Source of the DNA: Phyllobates terribilis
Taxonomy: Eukaryota
Direction of reading: 5' to 3'
NCBI RefSeq assembly: GCF_046119375.1
Contig: NW_027362765.1
Location: 232,438,001-232,502,000 of the forward strand
DNA: 64,000 nt
In this document: positions 11,916 through 21,937 of the stretch, in pieces
Numbering within the stretch: the first letter of the stretch is position 1
How the letters are laid out: the number at the start of each line of letters is the position of its first letter
The notes under the pieces: model-generated
The model's input: only the letters and a program-made list of their open reading frames with translations
The model's database searches: none
What the model was told of the DNA's origin: nothing
Translations under genes and position numbers: made by a program

Positions 11916-12074
11916 ATTAATTTCTGACGTATGACAACCTGATGAACACTACACAACTGACGTAGTGTTAGTCAGGTTGTCTTACGTCAGTTGTGTAATG
12001 TTCGTCAGGTTGTCCTACACAACTGACGTATAACACTACATTGTAAAATTCACAAATCGGGTATCAGTTCCAAA

Positions 12075-13100
12075 AAGGGGGCACTTGTTGGGCATTTCCA
12101 CTGTTTAGTCACATCAGGGGCTCTGAGAACGTGACATGACGCTCGCAGACCATTCCATCAAAGTCTGCATTCAAAAGCGTCACTGATTTCCTTCCGAGCC
12201 CTGACATGTGCCCAAACAGTAGTTTTCTCCAACACATGGGATATCAGCGTACTCAGGAGAAATTGCACAACAACTTTTGGGGTCCAATTTCTCAGAGTAC
12301 CTTCGTGAAAATAAAAATATTGCGGCTAAAGGATTGTTTTTGTGGAAAAAAAATATTTTTTTTTCTTCATGGCTCTACGTCATAAACCTTTGCAAAACAC
12401 TTGGGAGTTCAAAGTGCTCACCACACATCTAAATAAGTCCCCTGAGGGGTCTAGTTTCCAAAATGGGGTCACTTGTGGGGGGTTTCCACTTTTTAGGCAC
12501 ATCAGGGGCTCTCCAAACGCGACATGGGGTCCGCTGTGAATTCCAGCGAGTTTTGCATTGAAAACGTCAAATGGTGCTCCTTCACTTCCGAGCCCTGCCG
12601 TGCACCCAAACAATGGCTTTCCCCCACATATGAGGTATCAGCATACTCAGGAGAAATTGCACAACAACTTTTGGGGTCCAATTTCTCCTAGTACCCTCGT
12701 GAAAATAAAAATATTGCGGCTGAAAGATCGCTTTTGTGGAAAAAAATGATTTTGGCTCTACGTCATAAACTTTTGCAAAACACTTGGGGTTTCAAAGTGC
12801 TCACCACACATCTAAATAAGTTCTTTAAGGGGTCTAGTTTCCAAAATGGGGTCACTTGTGGGGGGTTTCCACTGTTTAGGCACATCAGGGGCTCTCCAAA
12901 TGCGACATGGAGTCCGCTGTGAATTCCAGCGAGTTTGGCATCGAAAACGTCAAATGGTGCTCCTTCCCTTCCGAGCCCTGCCGTGCGCCCAAACAATGGC
13001 TTTCCCCCACATATGAGGTATCGTACTCAGAAGAAATTGCACAACAACTTTTGGGATCCAATTTCCCCTGGTACCCTTGCGAAAATAAAAAATTGGGGTC
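12075..13100. repeat. ~385-bp subterminal tandem repeat (about 3 copies) of the piggyBac element
   Basis: AAATGGGGTCACTTGTGGGG at 12461 and 12844, with a diverged copy at ~12080. The same unit occurs inverted at 28740-30200. Confidence 0.85.
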
Positions 13101-14216
13101 TAAAATAAAATTTTTATGAAAAAAAGTTAAATGTTCATTTTTGCCTTTCACGTTCAATTAATTGGTGTGAAGCACATGAAGGGTTAATAAACTTCTTGAA
13201 TGTGGTTTTGAGCACCTTGAGGGGTGCAGTTTTTAGAATGGTGTCACTTTTGGGTATTTTCTGTCATAAAGGCCCCTCAAAGTCACTTCAAATGTGATGT
13301 GGTCCCTAAAAAAAATGGTTTTGTAAATTTTGTTGTAAAAATGAGAAATCGCTGGTCAACTTTTAACCCTTATAGCTCCCTAACAAAAAAAAATTTTGGT
13401 TCCAAAATTGTACTGATGTAAAGTAGACATGTGGGAAATGCTATTTATTAACTATTTTGTGTGACATATCTCTCTGATTTAAGGGCATGAAAATTAAAAT
13501 GTTGAAAATTGCAAAATTTTCAAAACTTTCGCCAAATTTCCATTTTTTTGACAAATAAACGCAAGTGATATCGAAGAAATTTTACTACAATCATGAAGTA
13601 CAATATGTCACGAAAAAACAATCTCAGAATCAGGGGGATCCGTTGAAGCGTTCCAGAGTAATTACCTCATAAAGTGACAGTGGTCAGAATTGTAAAAATT
13701 GGCCCGGTCATTAACGTGCAAACCACCCTCGGGGGTAAGGGGGTTAAAATACTGTACATCCTAAATATTATATGCCAAAACAATCTATTCAAGGTCAATC
13801 AATAAATACACATTAATATATGAGATTTCTTATTTTAGGGAGAAAGAGCATTTGATGACAGTCATTCATTATTCATTACTTCTCTTCTTCGTATCTGGAT
13901 AGATATGTTTTTCTGTAAGGGAAAGTAAACAAAGCAACCAGACAGTTTTCACCGCATAGCAATGTGAAAAGTTTCACGCCCGATGGCGTTTTTTCATTGC
14001 TGTAGAAGTTACAGTATGATTGATTAGATTGTCATGGTGAGGGTTGGAAAGGTTTTTCCTCTTCTGTTTTATATTGTTGTTATATAACTTGTTAAAACTT
14101 GTGCCTGTGCTACCTTAGTTTTTAACTATGTCTAGTTGTGTGGTTAGAGGAGTATATTTTAACCCATTAATGATCACCAATATGACTTAAAACTGACCTG
14201 CGATATAAGAGACTAG

Positions 14217-15436
14217 TGTGTCACCCAGGGGGATATAGGGGACTCGGTACCCGGACCTTTTACCTTGCTTAGGATGTCACGGCAGTCTGCTCCCGGGCCC
14301 GTACTCTGGGGTCTCTCTTGAAAAAGGGGTTTTTAGTGTATAGTTTGTTTCGTGACGCTACCTGGGGTGTCCGGTAATGGTTACCGGTGCTGCTGCAGAC
14401 CTCCGGGGGTGATGAAATGGCAGCTGGGATGTTTCTGCTCCCCACAGGTAGAGCGGGCCCCAGGGCAGTGTAGTATAGATGATGGTGATGCTGGGGCTTG
14501 TGGTGCAGGAGAGATGGCACAGCTGAAATAACTGACGGAGGCAGTGGAGTGCAGTCATCCGAGTTTACTCACAGTTCTGTTCAAGCTCCTCAGGTACACT
14601 GTACAGGTGTCAGCCTCCCGCGTTGGACTGCGTCTACCAGATAAGGGGTCCAGCACTTTCTCAAGTATATCAGGAGCGCTTGACGGAACCCCACTTTCTT
14701 TATGTTCCTTACTAGACCGACTTCTCGCGCCGGGTCTTCTCCCTCCTGCCCTGCGCTTTCCCACACTCAGTCCCGATCGGGTGCTCTGAAGTCCCTCCTG
14801 GACCTACTTGATGCCCTTCACGGTGACTAGGGTGAGACTGTGGCAACTGCACCATGGAAATGCAGAAGCCTCCGGTTTTCCAGCCGAGACCTGGAGTAAC
14901 ACGGCTGGTCCAGGGACCGGTTCCCTTCTGGCGACCTGATCCCTCTGACACTTGGCAGACTCGGGCGTACGGGTGCCGTCCTGCACTCACCGTACCCCCT
15001 GGGATCCCTTCTGTTAACGGAGCCTTTCTCCTCTGCTCCCCTCCTGGGCCTCTATTACTGGGCCCCTTTCTGGAGCAGAGCTCCTGAAGAGACTCTGCTC
15101 TCCTCCTCTCCTTGCTACTCACTTTCAGAACTACACTACTCCTCTTAAGATGGCTTCCCTTTATATACACCTATAAAAGTGCTCCCCTAAACTGCTTCCC
15201 CCACCCTCACCCACTACTGGTCCCCCCTCTCTTTGGTTCCCCCCACTCCAGCCAGGGACAGGGCTCAGCAGGAACACAGTGCATCTTGCCCTTCCAGCCG
15301 GCCTGAAGTAGTGTAGTGTTGAATGCAGGTGTTGGGGTTCCGGGCAGCACTCCCTCCTTACCTGAGAGAAGGAGATACCACACCTCTGGGTGAGGTGCAG
15401 TACCTCTGTGGCGACTGAACCCTCAGGGGCGCCACA
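14217..15436 (-). mobile_element. Solo LTR (1220 bp), related to the LTRs of element 18110-27770
   Basis: TG...CA ends and 4-bp TSD CTAG (14213-14216 and 15437-15440). The terminal ~70 bp align with 19320-19380. Minus-strand TATATAAA at ~15160 and AGTAAA at ~14563. Confidence 0.88.
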
Positions 15437-15544
15437 CTAGCATCCTCTGACAGGTGACAATCCAGCAGCTGTCAACTGTACACTATATTTGTCAACTTGT
15501 TGCATCAGCCACAAACAGTGCTGGCATCGACCAGGGCCGTTTAA

Positions 15545-16345
15545 CCCCTTAAATACTGCTGGCAATAGCGACTATAGCATCTAAATGGTTAACAAAATGT
15601 GGGGGCTCCCTTTTTAACCCAATCAGCACCCTGAGATCTTGATCACATGGTCCTGATGTTTGCCATGGCAATTGATAGCCAAATAATGGCCTTAAAGTCT
15701 TCCAGCTATAGCGGTCTGTTTAGAAGTTAGAAACATTTAGGTGGTAAAAATAATTTTTTTTCATTTCTGTCATTTCACTTTGCAATAATACCTGAAAAGC
15801 ACCTGAAGGGTTAATAAACTAGCTGAAAGCCATTTTGAATATGTTGAGGGAAGCTGTTTTTAAAATGGTATCACTTTTAGGGATTTCCAATATATAGGAC
15901 CCCCAAAGTCATTTCAAAACTGAACAGGTCCCTAAAAAAATAGGTTTTGTAAATTTCCTTGAAAAAAATGAAAAATTACTGCTACATTTTTAAACCATCT
16001 AATATGTTAACAAAATAAAAACACATTTTATAAATGGTGCTGATGTAAAGCAGACATGAGGGAAATGTTATTTGTTAATGTTTTGTGTGGCATGCCTATT
16101 GAGATTAAAGGTATAATCAAAATTTGAAAATTGCAATTTTTTTTAAATCGTTGTCACATTTCTGATATTTTTATAAATAAACACAAAACATATCAACCTA
16201 AATTTACCACTATCATAAAGTATAATGTGTCACAAAAAAAAGAAATAATCTCAAAATTAATGGGATATGTTGAAGTGTTCCAGAATTATTACTACATAAA
16301 GTGACACATGACAGGTTTAACAAAATTGGCCTCGTCATTAAGGGG
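15545..16345. mobile_element. Diverged piggyBac-like non-autonomous fragment
   Basis: 16150-16345 is homologous to the piggyBac right end at 13500-13743. CCCCTTAA...TTAAGGGG motifs are present. The left boundary is uncertain. Confidence 0.55.
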
Positions 16346-16759
16346 TGAATGTGTGATCAGAAAATGACCTGTTGTTTAGATCAGGTCTTTATGTACATTT
16401 TTTATTTTAGCAAAGTTTTTTTTACCTTAAAATGCACATTCATTTTTTACCTGTGGATTTTCCCACATCTAATGCAATTCTATAAGCACATAAAACTCAG
16501 CGTACCCGCAAGAGAAATTGACAAGTTGCAGATTTCAATAACGCACCGCAGGTCAGTTTACACAGAATAAAAAAAAACACAGTGGGCATGAGATTTCTAT
16601 AAATCCCATAATCTTTGCTGGAACGATGTTTTTTTGCAATATGTAAATATTAATTGTGAGACCATAATGTAAGTCTAAAAAAGCCATGATATGTAAAAAA
16701 CAGTTACGCTTTGAATGGAATCTTTCCCCAGGTTTTTGACACTTAATCTGAAAAGCAGC

Positions 16760-17462
16760 ATAATGTAGATTCAGAGACCCTGATTTAAGTGATGTGTTCA
16801 CTTATTGGGCTGCTTGCTGCATTTTTAATAAAATCGCCGTTTTATCAGCAGGAGATTATCACTAGAGAACTTGTAAACCTTCACATTCATGAGCTCTGTA
16901 TAACCCCGCGCCCACCACTGATTGGCAGCTTTCTGTGTACATTGTACATGGGCAGAAAGCTGCCAATCGGTGGTGGGGGCGGGTTTAGAGAACTGGTAGA
17001 TCTGAAGTCGATAAAACAGGAGAGAGATATTTGATCCAGAAATCCCGATAAAGATTAAAAATAGCAGTTTATTCCAAACATATTAAAAACATGGCAAAAG
17101 AGAAAAAAAAATGTATTTTCTTTTTTTTTCTTTTTTATATTTTAATATGTTTGGACTAAACTACTATTTTTAATCTTTATTGGGATTGCTGGATCAAGTA
17201 TCTCTCTCTCCAGGCTTAGTCCAACCTGAAAAAAGGTGGGATTTCTCCATGCATCAATTGTCTACCTTTGGATCCAGAAGCAGTATTCTAAACAGAATAA
17301 TAGAAGAAAAGCTTCCACTTTTTCCTTTTTGTTTCCCTACAGATAAGACAGGGATTTTTATCAAGACTGCAGCAAGCAACCCAGTAAGTGATTCATAGCT
17401 GGAATCAAGGTTTCTGCACCTACATCATGCGGCTCTCAGTAGCAAAAGCCTGGTGACAGATT
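16760..17462. mobile_element. Kolobok/T2-type MITE, interrupted by a ~190-bp fold-back segment
   Basis: 16820-17020 and 17340-17462 are homologous to the TTAA-flanked MITE at 46802-47245, including ...CCTGGTGACAGATT. Confidence 0.6.
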
Positions 17463-18109
17463 TGGTAACCAGTCAGGTACTGAAGCCTCCTAGCTTCCCA
17501 ATAATGTCTTTAGTACCTGAGACAATAGCTGGAAAAATTTAATTTTAATGCTATCCTCAGCATTTGCAAATGTACTTGATTAGTCCAGGGAGGTCTGTTC
17601 ACTGAGAGCAGTCCGATTGTACGTGCCTTAGTAGGTAATCATATATGGCACTCCAGAACTGTAGGAGAGGTGCCTTTGTAGGGTTCCAATCCGTTGTGTA
17701 TGTTGTGAGTAAAACTCGGCACGCAACGTATGTATGTGATAACAGACGTGGTTTTAATTACAGTCCAAAACAGTCCAATGAATAGCTATGACGTTTCAGT
17801 CCAACATGGACACTCATCAGAAAAGCGGACTGTGTCTGTACGAAGGATTAGGAATGTGCAGCGCTGAAGTATAGTGCTATGGGCGCCCATTCCCGACAGT
17901 GGCTTAGTCACTATACTTCAGCATGTACAAAGCATTGGACTGTTTTGTACATGCTTTAATCACGCGTCCCCTTGGCATCACCGACATCCTCCTGACTCGC
18001 TGCGTCTTCTCTTCTGCACTCATAGTCTAGCGCATGCACATGATATCTTTTCTTCCTAGCATCGAAGAGAAGACACATGATGTCAATCAGGTTCAGGGGG
18101 GCATGATTA

Positions 18110-19380
18110 TGACGCGCCCCCTGGGCCAGTGCTGTAGTGCGGCGCGCGTGCGCGCGGGGAATACCCGGAGCCGGATCCGATGGGGGTAGTAGTCTTCGTG
18201 TGGCGGTGACCCGGTCCGTGCCCAGGGTGGTCAAACTAAACGTGTGGCAGTCTTTGTAGATGTTATAAATGTCGACTACGCCACCCGTTGATTTGCGGTC
18301 GCAAGGCCGCCACTGCAAAACAGTCCGCTGAGGCCGATGGTATATATGTGCAGCTATGGTGGTATAACCCCCAACGGGAGAGGTATAGCCTCAGGGCAGC
18401 TGGTGCGGGTGAAGGGAGTGATAGTAAGAGCGTCCCGGTACCTATGGTGCTGGTGGTGCGATGGAACACAGAGACTGATTGCAGTTTTCATTGCTTTACT
18501 CACAGTTGTTATTAACGTCAGTCCTGCAGGTGATGACGACCCGAGCCATGCTGCGTCCACCAGGTACGGGGCTCGACCAACCCCCAGGCAGTTCCAGAGT
18601 GTGACCTTGAACTCCTTTCCCCGTTCCTTTCTCTGGCCGTCCCCACTAGGGACCCACCCATGTCCAGCTTCCTCGGGCCTTCTGGTGGCGAAACCTTTCT
18701 CCGGTCTCCCTGACCCTATGTGGCATGCCTTCGTGGTGAGTGTAGTGAGTGGTCGCGCCAAGACGTGGCCACGTCCTCCGGTTCCTGGCTGAGGATAAGT
18801 GGCCTCCACCAGTTTGGGATCCGGTACCCTGATCTGCCAACCCTTCACCCGCTGACTACTAGCGTGTTCGGGTTCCTTCTTGCTTCATGTCTCTGGGCCT
18901 TTTCTTATGTTTCATTCTTTCCTTGCTTCTTGTTCCTTTCTTCTTCACTCTTGCTCCCTCCAGGGGCAGCACCCAGACAGGGCTGCTGCTCCCTGTCACT
19001 CCTCTTCTCACTCTTCTTCTGTCTGACTGAACTGAACTCACTCCTAAAATGGTGCCCACCTTTTATACTCCCTCTGACACCCGAGCCCAGGTGATTAGCA
19101 ACCAATGGGCTCCTTCCTATGCCCAGAAACCCGCCCCTATCTGCTCCTACACCACTGGGTTTTCCTCCCCCTCCCCACTCCAGCCAGGAACAGAAGCTGT
19201 CGTACCTGCACATCTTTCTAGTGGGAGTACCGTCGGTCTGTTCCTCGGAAATGGGGTGTGTGTGGTGCATGCAGCTAACTGAGTTCTAGTCCACACTCCA
19301 TCCTTACCCGGGAGTGGAATACCACACCTCTGGTTCGAGGTGCAATACCCCTGTAGCAGCCGAGCCCTCGGGGTGCTACA
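18110..19380 (-). repeat. 3' LTR of the outer element
   Basis: Matches 26500-27770 at offset 8390. Minus-strand TATAAAA at 19061-19067, with CCAAT (~19102) and GC boxes upstream. Confidence 0.95.
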
Positions 19381-19390
19381 TTCCCCCCTG
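19381..19390 (-). promoter_or_regulatory. Polypurine tract of the outer element
   Basis: Minus strand CAGGGGGGAA lies immediately before the TGTAGCACC start of the 3' LTR. Confidence 0.85.
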
Positions 19391-19997
19391 GTAAATCACA
19401 GCACGTCCTTGGGCTGAAACAGAGCAAAACAATTACAAACTTACAAAAATTTTAAAGTGTACACTCATAAATAAGACATTAACTTTCAAATCATCCCTTT
19501 ATGGGAGGTACTCTTTTCACTTTAACGTTACTGATATCAACACTTTTGCTAATGCCACGGGAACTCTTTTGTAGAAAACACGATATATAAAAAACTTCAG
19601 CATCGTTACTTTTAGCAGCATTATGAAACTTTCACATTTAGACATTTTTCATATAAAACATTTTCAACATTCTTGACTTCTTGGGATCTGGCCGCTGTGC
19701 AACTCACGACCTGATAAATTGCAACAGTCACTGTATCTTGAGGTTGGGAAGGGTTCTTACAAAACCAATAGGGGGCGCTTTAGGAAGCGCAACTAAGTAC
19801 AGGGTCGGCCGCTCTCAGTCCTCAGCCAGGTAGAGGGAAAGGATGACCGCTCTCAGTCCTCGGTCAGGTTAGGGATTAGGGCAAAGCAGGCAACAGTTCT
19901 CTTTCTGTCCCAACGGGGACCACACTCTTTGTGGAAACAGTCTCACAACAGTCCTTATACTCGATCGGGTAACTATTTACATCTCCTCTTTTACCGT

Positions 19998-21094
19998 TTA
20001 CGATTGACGGTGTCCTCCACACGCTCCTTCCTCTTCCTCAGGTTCAGACCCGTCCGGGCCCCCTTTCTTCTCCTCCTGGTACGATAACTCCTCCTCCTCC
20101 TTGACCCGGTGGACATGAAGGGCGTACCACCCCTTCACTCCCTTATGCCTGGTATAGGTGACGGTATCTCCAGGCACCAGGTCCCGTCCACTGAGCCCCT
20201 CCGGTAGGTGGGACTCTACGTCGCTCCTGTTTACAAACACCTGGCTCATGGTCTTCGGGTCTTAGATGATGCCCCAGCCACATGCCATGTGAAACTTAAC
20301 AACAGTCCCGGTGACTCGGGGACCGTGAGCTGTACGGGGGGTCCTGGCGGGCCCTTGTCTTCTGCTCCACGTTTTTAATGTGGAGCCACTCCTTCACTTT
20401 CCTCTCTCTCCGCTCCCGCTCAACCGTTGACCGTTGTTGGCGGCAGGTCCCATAGCGCCGGGCGGCGCCCGCCCGGGTCTCCTGAGTGAACCCCATCAGG
20501 TCTTCTCCAGTGGGGTCCCCCTCATATTGAGCGTCTTCCAGCGGGGGTGAAGAGAGGTCCACGGGCTCCGGAGCTGGGATTAGCGGTTCATCTGGGGCCC
20601 TTGCTCCCTCGGGGTGACTCTTCCTGGAGCGGGGTTTGGTGTATTCAGGCGGCCAGATGAATGGTGTCCCATCCGGGCAGGTGTGCTGCTCATACAGGTC
20701 TTTCCCCAATGGTGGCACAACTGGGGGCCCCGGCTGGGGTGCAGCGCCCGCGGGCACTCGGCCTTTCAACCAGGCCGGTGACTTTCTGATCGTGCCCGAT
20801 GTTGGGGAGCACGGTCCTGGGCGAGGCTCCGCTGCAGAGCTTGCTGCTGGAGGGCTAACTGCTGGTGATGGAGGCACGGCGGGCGGTGCGGCACCCAGAG
20901 CTTCGGGTTCCGCGGCGGGAGGTAGGGGCAGGTCCGCGGCCACAGGGCCCGGAGTAACGGCGTTCCCCTTACTTGTCGTTGCGGCCTCCCCCGCGGCGTT
21001 GTCCTCGGCCTCCGATCCGCTTCTGCTGCCTCTCGGGATGGACGCGGTGCTGGATGGTGGCTGCGGTGGTGAAGCTCTCCTCCGTATCCGACAT
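19998..21094 (-). pseudogene. Disrupted ORF: Pro/Ala-rich low-complexity region, then a cold-shock-domain-like (OB-fold) module, then an acidic tail
   Basis: Minus frame 20318-20103 reads RVTGTVVKFHMACGWGII*DPKTMSQVFVNRSDVESHLPEGLSGRDLVPGDTVTYTRHKGVKGWYALHVHRV, with RNP1-like GWGII and RNP2-like VFVN. TAA at 20262-20264. It joins ORF 20296-20943 if one G is removed from the run at 20336-20341. The true start is uncertain. Confidence 0.72.
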
Positions 21095-21302
21095 CCTCCT
21101 CCCCCCTAGTGGACCGCGGCCTACCTCGCGATGATCCTCTTCCATAGGCCGCGGCTCCGCAGTGGATCGTCAGGGTTGAGGACCTTCCGTCGCGCTCCTG
21201 TGACGTCGGCGTCTGCTGGGCTCCTTCCAGGACCTTACGCAACGTCCGGACGTGAGGCGGGGCTTCAGTTCTCGCGGGCTTTCGGAGTCCACGCCCCTCT
21301 TC

Positions 21303-21424
21303 TTCCCGCGCGGCGCCCTCAAGATGGCGTCCAATGGCGGGAAAACTCCACGGATGGCGGGAAGAAGGCAGAAGATGGCGGGAATCGGCTCCAGATGGCG
21401 GGAAACGACTCCGGACGGCGGGAA
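21303..21424. promoter_or_regulatory. Phased cluster of E2F-type (GGCGGGAA) and YY1-type (AAGATGGCG) motifs in a CpG-rich leader
   Basis: GGCGGGAA at 21336, 21356, 21377, 21397 and 21417. TTCCCGCG at 21303. AAGATGGCG at 21321 and 21372. Function is inferred from motif match only. Confidence 0.55.
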
Positions 21425-21493
21425 ACTTCACCACAGGTAAGTATAAAAGTCTCTTTTTTCAGGCACGCAGTACCCGGTGGTTGCGGGCACGTA

Positions 21494-21504
21494 ATCCTGC
21501 CGAC
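21494..21504 (-). promoter_or_regulatory. Distal part of the tRNA-Ser PBS of the outer element (proximal part at 26484-26495)
   Basis: Removing the nested element and one TSD copy restores minus-strand TGGCGTAGTCGGCAGGATT, complementary to the vertebrate tRNA-Ser 3' end (...AATCCTGCCGACTACGCCA, recalled from memory). Confidence 0.85.
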
Positions 21505-21925
21505 TGTTATGTTCTGCTACCAAAGCTAAGGAAAGAGAGGAGATCTGTCCCTACTATAAGACTCAGCTGAATCCCTACGATGTAACAGGGAACCTGATCC
21601 TGCGATCAGACCTGCTAAAGTCCTAATCTAGTCTGTACGAAGACCTATAGATGTGGGGAGGGAATCCCTACAAGTACTAAGGACTGGGAGGAATATGGGA
21701 CACCTCCTAACAGAAATAGTAGCAGACAGACGAACAAACAAAATAGATAGAACATAGAGGTCCGTAGACCAAGCAAACTAACAGAGTTAGATACAGAGCA
21801 CAGGCTAGCTAGAAAGTAGATATACAATGAAGTCCAGCAAAGCCAGAAGGGCGGAGCAGGATTAAATAGGCCAACAAGGTCATGTGACCAGCAAAGGAAA
21901 AAAACCTAACAGCAAGGTTCTAACA
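21505..21925 (-). repeat. 3' LTR of chromovirus B
   Basis: Identical by eye to 26063-26483. Confidence 0.95.
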
Positions 21926-21937
21926 GTACCCCCCCTT

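Larger units (their letters stand above)
8330..13743 (+). mobile_element. piggyBac-superfamily DNA transposon with decayed transposase
   Basis: TTAA at 8326-8329 and 13744-13747, CCC...GGG termini (TIRs only moderately matched), subterminal palindrome, internal transposase. Confidence 0.85.

Noticed and set aside
18263-19282. Cluster of 60-164-aa ORFs, duplicated at 26653-27672
   Set aside because: They lie inside the two GC-rich LTR copies. The duplication reflects the LTRs, and no domain or codon signal is evident.
20766-21529. 222-aa (-) and 132-157-aa (+) ORFs in the outer element's leader
   Set aside because: GC-rich, stop-poor sequence with repeat-derived peptides. Only the frame leading into the CSD-like module has support.
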